In this document: piece by piece, positions 41,584 to 52,200 of the stretch
Layout: every line of letters starts with the position of its first letter
Position numbering within the stretch: position 1 is the first letter of the stretch
DNA from: Marsupella aquatica
Lineage: Eukaryota; Plantae; Marchantiophyta
Reading direction: 5' to 3'
DNA: 64,000 nt
Assembly: GCA_973895155.1 (NCBI GenBank)
Contig: OZ316895.1
Span: 22,766,558-22,830,557 of the forward strand
The notes under the pieces: generated by a model
Database searches by the model: none
What the model saw: only the letters and a program-made list of their open reading frames with translations
Told to the model about the DNA's origin: nothing
Program-made: the position numbers and the translations under genes

Positions 41584-41770
41584 ATGGATCTACTCCAATA
41601 TTCTGTGTTACTGGCATGGATTGAGGCTACAACTCCTCCCAAGCGTAATGCCCTTTGTGATGTCAATATGTGTGGAATGGATCTACTCCAATATTCTGTG
41701 TTACTGGCATGGATTGAGGCTACAACTCCTCCCAAGCTTAATGTCCTTTGTGATGTCAATATGTGTGGAA
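41584..41770. repeat. Tandem duplication of 93 bp
   Basis: atggatctactccaatattctgtgttactggc...tgatgtcaatatgtgtgga at 41584 and 41677. Confidence 0.9.
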
Positions 41771-42439
41771 GGGATTTCTGTTCCGTTACTATTCTTTGTC
41801 TCAACTTTCTCTTTGTTGCTTTGTGTTTTTATGCACGGCTTACAGTCCTTACTTGTAAAAGGACACAGGGTGTTTTGACAGTGGGGACTCAACAAGTGTT
41901 GGGCTCTGCTCTCCCTGCTCCTGTCTAGTGAATGCTCTATTCTCCTGTTATGAATTCAAACTAGTTTTCTTCTCGATCAAGAAAAGCTCTTTGGCAATGT
42001 ACTTATGTCATGAATTGACTCTCACGAACTCAGACAGCAATATTCAATAGAAGATTCAAAGCATTCACTGGAACTCATGACTCTATTTTACTATTTCTTT
42101 GTCTCCAATTCTCGCAGCATTGAGCTCTTAACATGTATTCTCTTCATTTTTCTTCCCTTTGCATTTTTCTTGTTGATACTCCTGATGATAATCACCGATC
42201 ATAATATGGGATGGCCTCATTTTAAGATTTTCTTGTACTTTTACTAAAATTACTAAACTTAAAAATCAATTTGCACTTTTACATGCATTTTGGGCAATAA
42301 TGCTCCTCAAAACTCAAGCCAAAGCTCTAATGTTTTGGGGGGCATGATTGTCCCGATGTTCAGGGCATTATATCCCACAATGCCTTGTAAACAGAACTTT
42401 ATTATATTCAAAGTTTAGAATACTAACAATGAGGGTTAA

Positions 42440-43910
42440 CAATTGGTAACCCTTTCAACCAGGGCAATGACCACCCAGGGCGTTTCACCCTCTAAACCCC
42501 TTCTGTATTCATTTCTTTGTATATGTATAGATGGTTATGAGGCATTACTCTGCGCATGAGCCAGGGAACCCCTATTCCAGCCTGGCCTGGGCATTCTTGA
42601 ATTTGAATGAGAGTAAAGGTAAGGCACAAGTGGCAAACTGTGGCAAACGACAGCAGTTTTTCAATGCAAAACTGAAATGACTGTTTCAAATATTCACTTG
42701 GGGCCTAAGGTTGGTAACTCATCCCCAATTAGTGTAATGGGCTCAACGCCCTTGGGGAGCACATCCCATCACCCACTCTTGGAGATGGGTTACCCTACAC
42801 CCATAAACCTCTCCTGGATTTTTTCCTTTGTATGTCTGTACAAGGTTATGAGGTATTACCCCCGGGTGAAGCCACAGAACCCCTGGGCCAGCCTGGCTTG
42901 GGGATTCTTGAAATTTGAATGAGAAATAGGGTAAGGTGCAAGTGGTAGACAATGACGGATGAGACTTTTCCTGTGTAAAATTAACTCAACAGTTAAAAAA
43001 AAATTGGTCAGGCTTTATGCTCTGTAACTCATCCCCACCTGGGGATAATGGCTGTAACGTGTAAAACTGAACTAAATGGCTCAAAAGAGTCACTCAGACT
43101 TTTATGCTCTGTAACTCATCCCCACTTGGGATCATGTGTAGGGTAACCCATGCCCAAGAGGGGGTAATGGGATGTAAACCCAGAGGGCGCTGAGCAGGAG
43201 GAATGTGCTGAGCCAGAGGAATTACAGCCATTTTACCCAAGTGGGATGAGATATAGAGATTAAAACCTGAGTGAGATTAAAGAATGAGTGAATCTTTTGA
43301 ACCATTCAGTTTGGTGTTACAGTTGTAAATCGTAAGTGAATTTTTTCCTGTGAATTTTTTCCTTTTTCCCTTTATATGTGTGTACGAGGTTCCGAGGGAC
43401 TTCAATCTTTGGAACCATTCAGTTTGGTGTTACAACCTTATACCCTAAGCGAATTATTTCCTCTGTATGTGTGTACAAGGTTATTACCCCTAGGTGAAAC
43501 CACGGAACCCCTGGGCCAGCCTGGCCTGGGGATTATGAAATTTGAATGAGAAAGCCTAAAGTGCAAGTGGCTTGTGACGGATGAGACTTTTACTATGTAA
43601 AAAGGAACTGAATGCTGCGTAAAAAATTGAATGTTGTGTAAAAACTCACTCAGGCTTTAAGCTTGGTGACTCATGTCCACTTGGGGACAATGCCTATAAC
43701 CCATTTGGGCTCCGTGCCCTGGGGGATTACAGCCCATTACCCCCTCTTGGGAAGCCAGGGTCTTGGGAATGGTTTACCCTACACCCTTGTCACTTGCAGG
43801 ACTCGAATGCTTCCTTTCAATCAATGAATGCAGCCACATTTTGATGTGTGATTACCAGCAGGGTCTTGGGAATGGGTTACCCTACACCCTTGTCACTTGC
43901 AGGACGCGAA
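42440..43910. repeat. Complex array of direct and inverted repeat units
   Basis: gaacccct...ccagcctggcctggg.att...aatttgaatgaga near 42567, 42877, 43506; ctctgtaactcatcccca units near 43020 and 43107 with an inverted copy near 43222-43275; cagggtcttgggaatgg.ttaccctacacccttgtcacttgcaggac at 43756 and 43858. Confidence 0.75.
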
Positions 43911-44780
43911 TGCTCCACTGGCATGGCAGGGCCGCTCCGCTCCGATCTCCTCCTCGAACGGGCCTCTCAGAAATCTGCTCGTCCTGCGCTCCACAATGTC
44001 AAGTACATAACTATGGTGACGGACAGTCGCTGCTTGGTTCCCTCACAGTTCAGAAGCAGTACTTGAATTTGTGTCCTAGGAAGGGTGATGAATCCTCGCG
44101 TGAGCACAGAAACCGGGGAATCGATTCTCAAAGGTAGTAGAGTGATGGTGTTCGAATAGATCCCTCACAAGCTCCAGAGGCATGAATGGAATTCGAGCTT
44201 TAGGGAGCGCCTAGGGTCGTGGCGCTAGCCCCGGGACAAGGGAGAGGACGCTCAACGGTAGAAGTAGACAACTAGACATTGTTCGAATGTATTGCTCCAG
44301 AGTCACTGAATTGAATTGCAGCTCTAGGCCGCCCAAGGTGGTTCACATTGTTTTGATTGTCTTGTAAGGTCCTAAACACTAGCCTCGTGAATGGAACTTG
44401 AGAGAGATGCTAGGACGGAAGCGGGGAAAACGACGTCCACATTTGATGCACTGTGCATTGTTTGCATTCGCGTCATTGTTTCCATGTCGACTTGGAAGAC
44501 GTTGAAGGTGCTTCAGAACTGACTCTGTCCTTCAACCAATTGTTGCAGGTGACGGTATTTCGTGTGTCTCTGCAGAAGCTTGTGACCGAGTCTCGAAGTG
44601 TGAGAAGGATCCCAACTGACAATTTCGGGTTTCTCGGAATTCGGACTGAGCCGGGAGGAGGTATAAGGGGGAAGGGTGCCGGAGGAGGTATCGATGCGTT
44701 AAATACGGCGCTCCCTGTTTGGACCCGAGGAGACACAAGTGGGCAAGGAGCTGGAGTAGGAGGTGGTGAAGTCTGAAGAT

Positions 44781-45152
44781 ATGGGGCTGCTTGCAGGGCC
44801 TCTTTCGCATGACGCAATTAGTTGCCTCAGCAACGCGGACGCGAATTTGCGTCCCGTATTGCAAGTGCTGCACGTCAGGCGAGTCAAGAGCAAGCTGGAA
44901 CTTTATAGTCTGCTACTATCCGACGGGCTGCACGTGCTGCCGGTGATGCTCGCGATGAAACTCAATGAGTATGTCAAGACCGAGACACTGACTAAGGGCA
45001 CCATACTGCATCTCTTGGAGTACATGTCTCACACCATTCAGGATAGACTCGTCACGTTTGTTCTGGACATAGAAGTTCTGCAAGCAGCATCTGATATCAT
45101 TGGTTACCCGCGATGCCTGCCACCTGCTATGAGTAAATGTTCAAAGAATTAG
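44781..45152 (+). CDS. Stand-alone RPA70/RPA1 N-terminal OB-fold (Rep-A_N) protein, 123 aa
   Basis: ATG 44781 with in-frame TAG upstream at 44757. LSHDAISCL...LRPVLQVL...YSLLLSDG...MLAMKLNEYVK...KGTILHLLEY...VLDIEVL...IIGYP follows the RPA70N consensus. No DNA-binding OB-A/B/C domains found downstream. Confidence 0.78.
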   Translation: MGLLAGPLSHDAISCLSNADANLRPVLQVLHVRRVKSKLELYSLLLSDGLHVLPVMLAMKLNEYVKTETLTKGTILHLLEYMSHTIQDRLVTFVLDIEVLQAASDIIGYPRCLPPAMSKCSKN

Positions 45153-46749
45153 ACACTTCATCTCCGAGATCTAAGTGGACATTAACTGGACCATCCTGTG
45201 TATTCACGAAACAGACACAAGATCGATATGATAGATTCTGGATACACCTACATTTGAATTTCATGAAGAGTAGACAGGTCAGACAAATAAAAAGTTGACA
45301 TGACAATTTTTCCTTCCGCTGCGGCGTATTTGCCCTGAAAACATGTACGGTTTTTTGTATCATTCAGCCAATCTAGTGTAAAACCAGGCGACTTGGCTAA
45401 TGGGATTCGATCTACAGGCTCGTTCATCTACAAGTGGGGAACATTCGTGTCTTCTTGAAATCTATTGCTGTAAAGTAGGGATTCAATACTCAAAACGTCT
45501 TACGTCAAATCTGAGTCATCTAAAAGGATAGTATGGAGTACTTGTCACAAACCATTGTTGCCCCTCGCTTTCCATCTGCTAATTGGACCCCCAACCTCGT
45601 TAATTCTGGTTAATGTTGCACTGCGCAGTCAGGGGAGGAAGCTGGCAAACCTATATGGTCAAAACTGAATAAGTCCCTCATACAAACGATACAATCATGT
45701 CTAAACGTTGCGTCGATGAAATTTCAATCAACTCTGTTAAATTAACAACGAGACAAAAAGTTGACCAGAATAAAAAAAAAAGCTTCATATCGCTGGTCTT
45801 AGCCCAAGACGAAATCCTTCGTCAAAGCCCTGTGCATAAGGCCTGACCCTCCATCCTACACACAAGCTTCGGTCATCTTCGTGCAAGTCGGCACGATTGC
45901 TTTATCCTCCCCATAGGTCTGACCCGTTTTTCAGGTATTCCACACGAATCCAAGACAACTTCAATGACGTCAAGAACATCAACTTGTGTCGCCAAGAATG
46001 TCGAGGTGGAGGGTTCTCAGTTCCCTGCCCCGACAAATTGGACACCAATCTTTGTGTTGTTCAACATGTTTCTCATGCTCTTCGTACGTCGGACTTGTCC
46101 GCCCAAATGCATGACAATAGTCAATCAAATCAAGAAACATCGACTTGAGTTGCCGAAGAAAGTCGAAGCAGAACGCAGGGACCTCAGTTCACCAGCCTCG
46201 ACGAATTGAAGACCATCAAGCGACACTCATCAGGTATGGAAGATGAAGCTCGTGGCGTACATGAAAAATTAGGGCGAATGAAAACCGTATGAAAACTATT
46301 CACAATGGAGCAATGATATTGGGATGAGAATGTGCCTATGAAATTAAGGGTCCCGACGATGCTAGGCCTGTGAGTGCCCCAACATTAACACAGAAAATTA
46401 CCACCACAAAAATTGCGTCTCGATCTGGCTCCATGGGAGATTTCCAATGTACAGTACATTTTTCTTACGTTTCAACAGTCAGTGTTACTTGAATTGTGTT
46501 AGAAACAGTCCCATCTTGATCGTGACGAAAGCTTAACATCGATGCCGACTACCCATGTTATCTACACCATCACGCGCACGAACTCATCGAACGACTGAAC
46601 ACATTTTACAGTGACACAAATCTGGTTCATTCTCTCCTGCACTAAAATTCAGTTATTTGAGGCCAGGGAGATTCCAGGACGGGTGTCAAGACCACCAACT
46701 GACGATCTTATGCCAGGGAATTTAGTTCAAAATGCAGAGCGATCTCAGT

Positions 46750-49198
46750 CCTGTTTGCAATAATGAATGGGATTCCTATAATCACCACTCACAGATAACC
46801 AAATTCATTTTAGGAAGAAAACAATCCGGACCCTAGAATTATGTCATGAATATGGCAACAAGAACGGATATTAGCATAGGAGAAATGCAGGGCACAATAG
46901 TGCTAGACCAGGAAATGCTCGATTACAACACACGTCAGTACATACCTTCTGTTTGCATACCGGTCCAAATGCAACTTCACCAAGATGTTCCACAAAAATA
47001 AGCATCGACGATGCAAAAACCTACACAGTGCCAAAAAAAACTGTACAGAAAAGGTATTTGCCTAAGAAGCAAGGATCATTTGCACACTTCTCAAATTAAG
47101 TACGAATTGGTGAAAGCTCTCGGTAAACTGGGTTGGAAGGAATGCAACACCATAACGGTGATGGGATAAGGCAATAGAAAGTAACCACCAAATGATGCAA
47201 AGAGTTTCAGGAAGAAATGGAAAGCCAGTACCTTAGGAGGTTGACGAAGAAGAAACATAAGCCAAAACACATGTGCTCGATGCACTACTCAATCTCTTGA
47301 TCCAATCCAGTGCACCTGCACCATTAGAGCAGACACCTAAAATAAAATAAACTGCGGTCGTCGTATGGGGACATCCACGCTAAGAACCTATCTTGACAGG
47401 ATGAGGACAATTTTACGGAGTCAAACCAAGCTAGAAGAAACTCATCCATATCTCTAAGACGTCCCTCGTCTTCATGAGTGCAGTCAAAGTTATGAAATGC
47501 TTTGCGAAACAAAATCTCTTAAGGTTCATATCCCGTAAAGAATTCAAACCATGCTAAAGCGCAACGTACGTCAAATCTGAAGGAATACTTCAAAGATCGG
47601 AGACGCATGACATAGCAGACCATTCAACCACTAGATCGACAACTGCGATCACGAGGCTTTGAAGAAACATTCATGGTAGCATTCACTTACAACCTCTCCT
47701 ACTCTAGACCTTAGCGGACTTCGTGCCAATTCCTTGCGGTACGAAGTAGAAAAGCTCTGTAGTCATCATGTGCGGGTCAATTTCTTGCATAACAATTATA
47801 TGTACGGTATTTCAAGAACGTTGCTAGAAACCCCATCATCATTGTAGAGCTCACGGGCGATACACAATGCACAATGTTCTCCAAGATCAGTTTAAACACC
47901 GATATGCTTGAAAGAACAACATTCTCTCGTGCTACGAAATTCCATTTGTGCAAACCTCATAGACATCTGACGCGACCAAGACTTGAGATGTGTATCACTG
48001 GTCCAGTCATATGCATAAGATTAAGAGTGTCGTTATTCTCCAGTCCTTACATAGATTGGCAAATAACGTGTGCAAGGACAGCCCTGACTCCCCTTGTGCG
48101 AGGACTTGGTCTCTAATCTGAAGAGCTTTGTGACAAGAGAGTTACAAGAAAGCAAATTCACACGAGGACAGAACCAGAAAACTCACCACTTCAAACCTCA
48201 TCTACGGAAGTACATCCCAAAAATGATTCATAACAAAATCACATTCAAGAACTGCAACACCTTACAAAGACAAAATTCCATTCAGAACACCCGGTGATAC
48301 ATATAAAAGGAATACTAAAGGTATAGAGTTCGCAATTTGGTCTTACAGCTCCTGACGTCTGCAGAAAATGGGGTCTGTGGAGCATTAGCAATCTAATGTC
48401 CCCTACATAATATGTTTTTAACAGCTCATACTGAACAAACTATCTTGAGATACAATCGAAGTAAACAAAATTACCTTTTCGTTTTAGCTGCCTCTGAACC
48501 ATATTCTTGGCAACAGTGAGCATCGAGTCCACCATGCTCTCTGCTCACCACCAAATGTAACTAGCCCAACAGAGGTCAAAGACAACCACCATAACAGTGC
48601 ACTGCTATTGAGAATCTTGAGGTAATTTACAATCAGAAGCACGCGTGAAGTAATTTCACACTTCTGCAGTATCATCACATGTCAAGGGGGAGGTCATAGC
48701 TGCATCTCAACCTGACTCTTATGGAACTTGGAATCCAGTGCATATTACTGCAGTTCGACTCCAGCCATATAACTCACCGTGCAGGATCTAACAAAGTGGT
48801 TGTGACTGCAAAGTAAACTCATGAACTCTCTGCACAGCTTATAAAATCTACCCATATTTGGCATGGAGTTACAAGTTCCACCATTGCCACCGCCACAAAA
48901 CGTAGACAGCAAGTGATATCATTTTCGGTGCATCGTATAATCACCGGGTCCAGTTGATGGAAGGCATTTTCAAAACTGCGCAACCCAAGCTCACCCTTGC
49001 GACTCCCAAAAATCTGCATAATTTCTTTTGTTACTTCACAATCAATTGGGCATGAATGGCAACCTCATATCCTCTAAAAGTGCTGCACACTTAAACTTGC
49101 ATACCGATGCACCTCTTTATTGTCCAAGAGGAGTAAAACAATTGGGCTGCGGCATGTCAATGGCGATAAAGGTCTCCATCAGATCCGTCCACCTTACA
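46750..49198 (-). other. Putative multi-intron non-coding 3' extension of CDKG (micro-exon array)
   Basis: Series of minus-strand YAG|exon|GT pairs: 48995-49013, 48778-48805, 48475-48540 (or -48493), 48347-48358, 48187-48201, 47691-47756, 47570-47576, 47232-47315, 46946-47040, final acceptor at 46751. Joined exons give no long ORF. Predicted from motifs only. Confidence 0.5.
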
Positions 49199-49228
49199 TT
49201 TAGGTGGCAGCGTCGAGGTCCCAGATAA

Positions 49229-52200
49229 TCAGCCAAAGAGGCCCCCTCCACCGAGCTCACCTTGACGCAGCTCCCGCCTCCGCTGTTCCTCCAATGGATC
49301 TGGGCTCTTCAGGAGCCTCCTTACTCGCCTGCAAGGGGAAGTAAAACTATCAGCGGTTACAATCTACAACATCAAACGGTTACACAACACCAGCTTTGTA
49401 TTTCATCTGGAAAGAATTTAATGAGGATCAGAAATGATGACGTATACACGACGCTACTCGTTTTTTTATATGACGTGGTGCCCATTCCTATGTTGTAGCA
49501 TACCTGTCATGTTCACTCCGCGCTGGAAAAGTTGGCATAAATTCTTTGGACTTTGGCAGCGGCACTTCGCGAAACCAATCGTGTTTCAGTGCCTCGTCCG
49601 CTGTTATTCTCTGCGAAACGCGAATTATACACATCAGTGAGCAGCAAGCCATCAGACAAAAAAAACATTTCGCAAGGAGCTGGTACACCCTATTCTTTGA
49701 AGCCAGAGGTACGTATACAAAGGGATACAGCACTCAGTCTGAATCCATCATCAGGAACAAGAGTTTACAGTCTACAACATTTACTGCCCAATTAGTGAGT
49801 GAGAAGTTTACTTTTTGAGGGTCGTAAGTAAGTAATCTGTTGAGTAGATCAAACCCACTTTCAGATAGAGTAGGCCTACCAGCAAACGCTGTCGGTGGAA
49901 ATCTTTCTCTGAGTTTATTGTAGCTGCAAGTACATTCGAAAATTCGTCATGATAAACTCAGGGTCTGCAGTACAGAATGCTTACTATGGTGTAGAAATTA
50001 TCACACATCGGCGACTACAATCATCTGGTAGAATCATACATTACAAATACAGACAACATAAAACTGCCAAGAAGCGCAGTCCGGATGCTTACGGCTGTCT
50101 CACGAAATTACACTTCACGCCAGGTAGCTTCGGAAACTCCGGCCAAATTTTTTCATTGGGTGTACCCAATGTTTTGAATATCTGCATTAAAACACACAGT
50201 GATAAAACGTTACTCCGATAGAACAAAGATCAAAATTGAAACATCACCCTTTTAAGTGACAATCGTTAAGTGACAACTTTCCGAGAAGCAATACTACAGA
50301 CCCTCGGATGGATAATTTTGCACTGGTTTTGCTAATCACAGACATCCCTGAACGTAATTGTTGATACATCACATTCTTTGCAGCCCAAGAGAAAACCTAC
50401 TAAGCTCAAACCCTGAAACGTGAGCTATCGTCAAGCAAGCCTCAAGAAATTTGCGTGCATTAATGTTAAACTGTCATCTAATAGTACCAACCTTATCAAT
50501 CTGATCGATTTCAGAATTTCCATTGAAAAGAGGCTCTTTGGCAAGAAATTCGGCCATTATGCAACCCAATGACCACATATCTATAGCAGTTGAGTATTGA
50601 TAATTCTTTGGTCCGAGCAGTAACTCTGGTGCCCTGTTTCACACATAACATCGGAATGAAAACTCGAAAATTTCAATTCCATTGGTGTTTACTAATTCTT
50701 GTCAGGAGTATCAACAATGGAAAACTGCCGCAGGCACAACAGCCAACGAGAAGCAGATGATAGAAAGTAGCGGCGATACAAACAGACATCGATAATATCA
50801 CTCATGAGAAGGTAGGTATCCAACCTGTACCAAAGTGTAACAACCATGTTCGTATAAGCCTTTAACGGGCTACCATACTGCCGTGCCAGTCCAAAGTCAC
50901 AAATTTTGAGTTCCCCGCGATTATTCATGAGCAAATTGGACGTTTTCAAGTCTCTGCAAAATCATGACGCACAGAAGGTGATCCCGTGATCAGTAACTTG
51001 ACCGAACGGATGAGATTCCTTTCCAAAAGCCAATGGGCAGAACTTCACGGTAGGTCAGGTTACTTCAACCTTTCATCGGAATGGATCCCTGCAAGCACAA
51101 TAAGGAAAGGGACTGCACAAGAGCTGATTTAGGATAGTGAGGGGCAGCTCGGTTAACTAACCTGTGCAACACCCAGTTGTCGTGCAGATATTGTACCCCT
51201 TCAAAAAGCTGTAGCATAAGGCATTTGACTTCACTTTGACTGAAAGGCTGCTTCATGGTTTCCATAAGGCCCTTCAAATCATGTTCCATGTACTCCATTA
51301 CCATAAAGATGCTGTCTATGGTGCTACCTACAACAACCTCTTTGACATCAACTACCGAGGAATGATGAAATGATAAGAGTACATTGATTTCCCTGAGAGA
51401 GGTCTGCGGGAACCCGTCTTTTTCCTTATCCATCTTAACCTTTTTCAACGCGACAATCTCTCCGGTCCTCTTATTTCGAGCACGGTACACAACCCCATAT
51501 GTCCCTTCATCGATTCTGTTCAACCTCTCAAATTCGTCCACACTTCTGCAACCTTGAAGCATATCAATGGCTCGCGATAATGGTTGAGGGGGTGTTGGTG
51601 GAACATCATCATACTCAGGATCAACCTCAGGCCTCTGCTCTTCTTGATCATCGACATCAGAGTCCTCTTCGTCCAGCTCCATCAATTCTCTCTTATTCAA
51701 CTCTCGTTCGTACTCCTCGTCTTCAATCGACCGACTCCGCCGGCCTTTACCATCACTACCGCGTCCCACGCTTCCATTACTGTCTGTGCCTCTCTCCTTA
51801 GCCCTTGGAGCAACGTCAGCCTTCTCTGGAATGTACTCACCAGGCTGCGGAGACGAACTACGCCCACTAGTAACATGTCCGCCGTCTTGACCTGAAGAAA
51901 TGAGACCCTCTTCGCTCTCTAAACTCGAAGAGCGCTTCCTTGCCTTCCCTCCACCACCACGAGGAGACCTACCCCGTTCGGGGGTGTGAGTCTCTCCTGC
52001 CCACCGAGAGGCCGCAATCGTGATTATAGGCGATGGGGCGTTTCCTTCCTCATCCTCCTCAACTCTCCCCGGACCTGTCCTTAAAGGAGGGCTGTCATCA
52101 GATTCGGGAAACAGCTGCCCGGGCTCAGGCTCATCATCTGACATTGAAGAAGCCATGACCTGATCCTGCATTTGCACATCCGGCGTATGTTTCTCGTTGT

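Larger units (their letters stand above)
40452..42400. mobile_element. Non-autonomous DNA transposon with long degenerate terminal inverted repeats
   Basis: 40452-40538 (aaagtcctgtt..ggcattatgggatataatgc...agagctt...ttgagttctgagg...attgcccataatgc) is the inverted homolog of 42286-42400. Flanks fit an ATT or TA duplication. No transposase seen. Confidence 0.6.

Noticed and set aside
44453-44893. ORFs of 107-114 aa on both strands upstream of and overlapping the RPA70N ORF
   Set aside because: No recognisable domain; consistent with GC-rich leader sequence.
47351-47484. SECIS-like reading of the hairpin (AUGA near its base)
   Set aside because: Geometry does not fit a SECIS core, no in-frame UGA needs recoding, and land plants lack the selenocysteine machinery.
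48630-48680. C box GTGATGA and D box CTGA on the minus strand
   Set aside because: Only about 46 nt from C to D, too short for a typical C/D snoRNA, and no recognisable rRNA guide.
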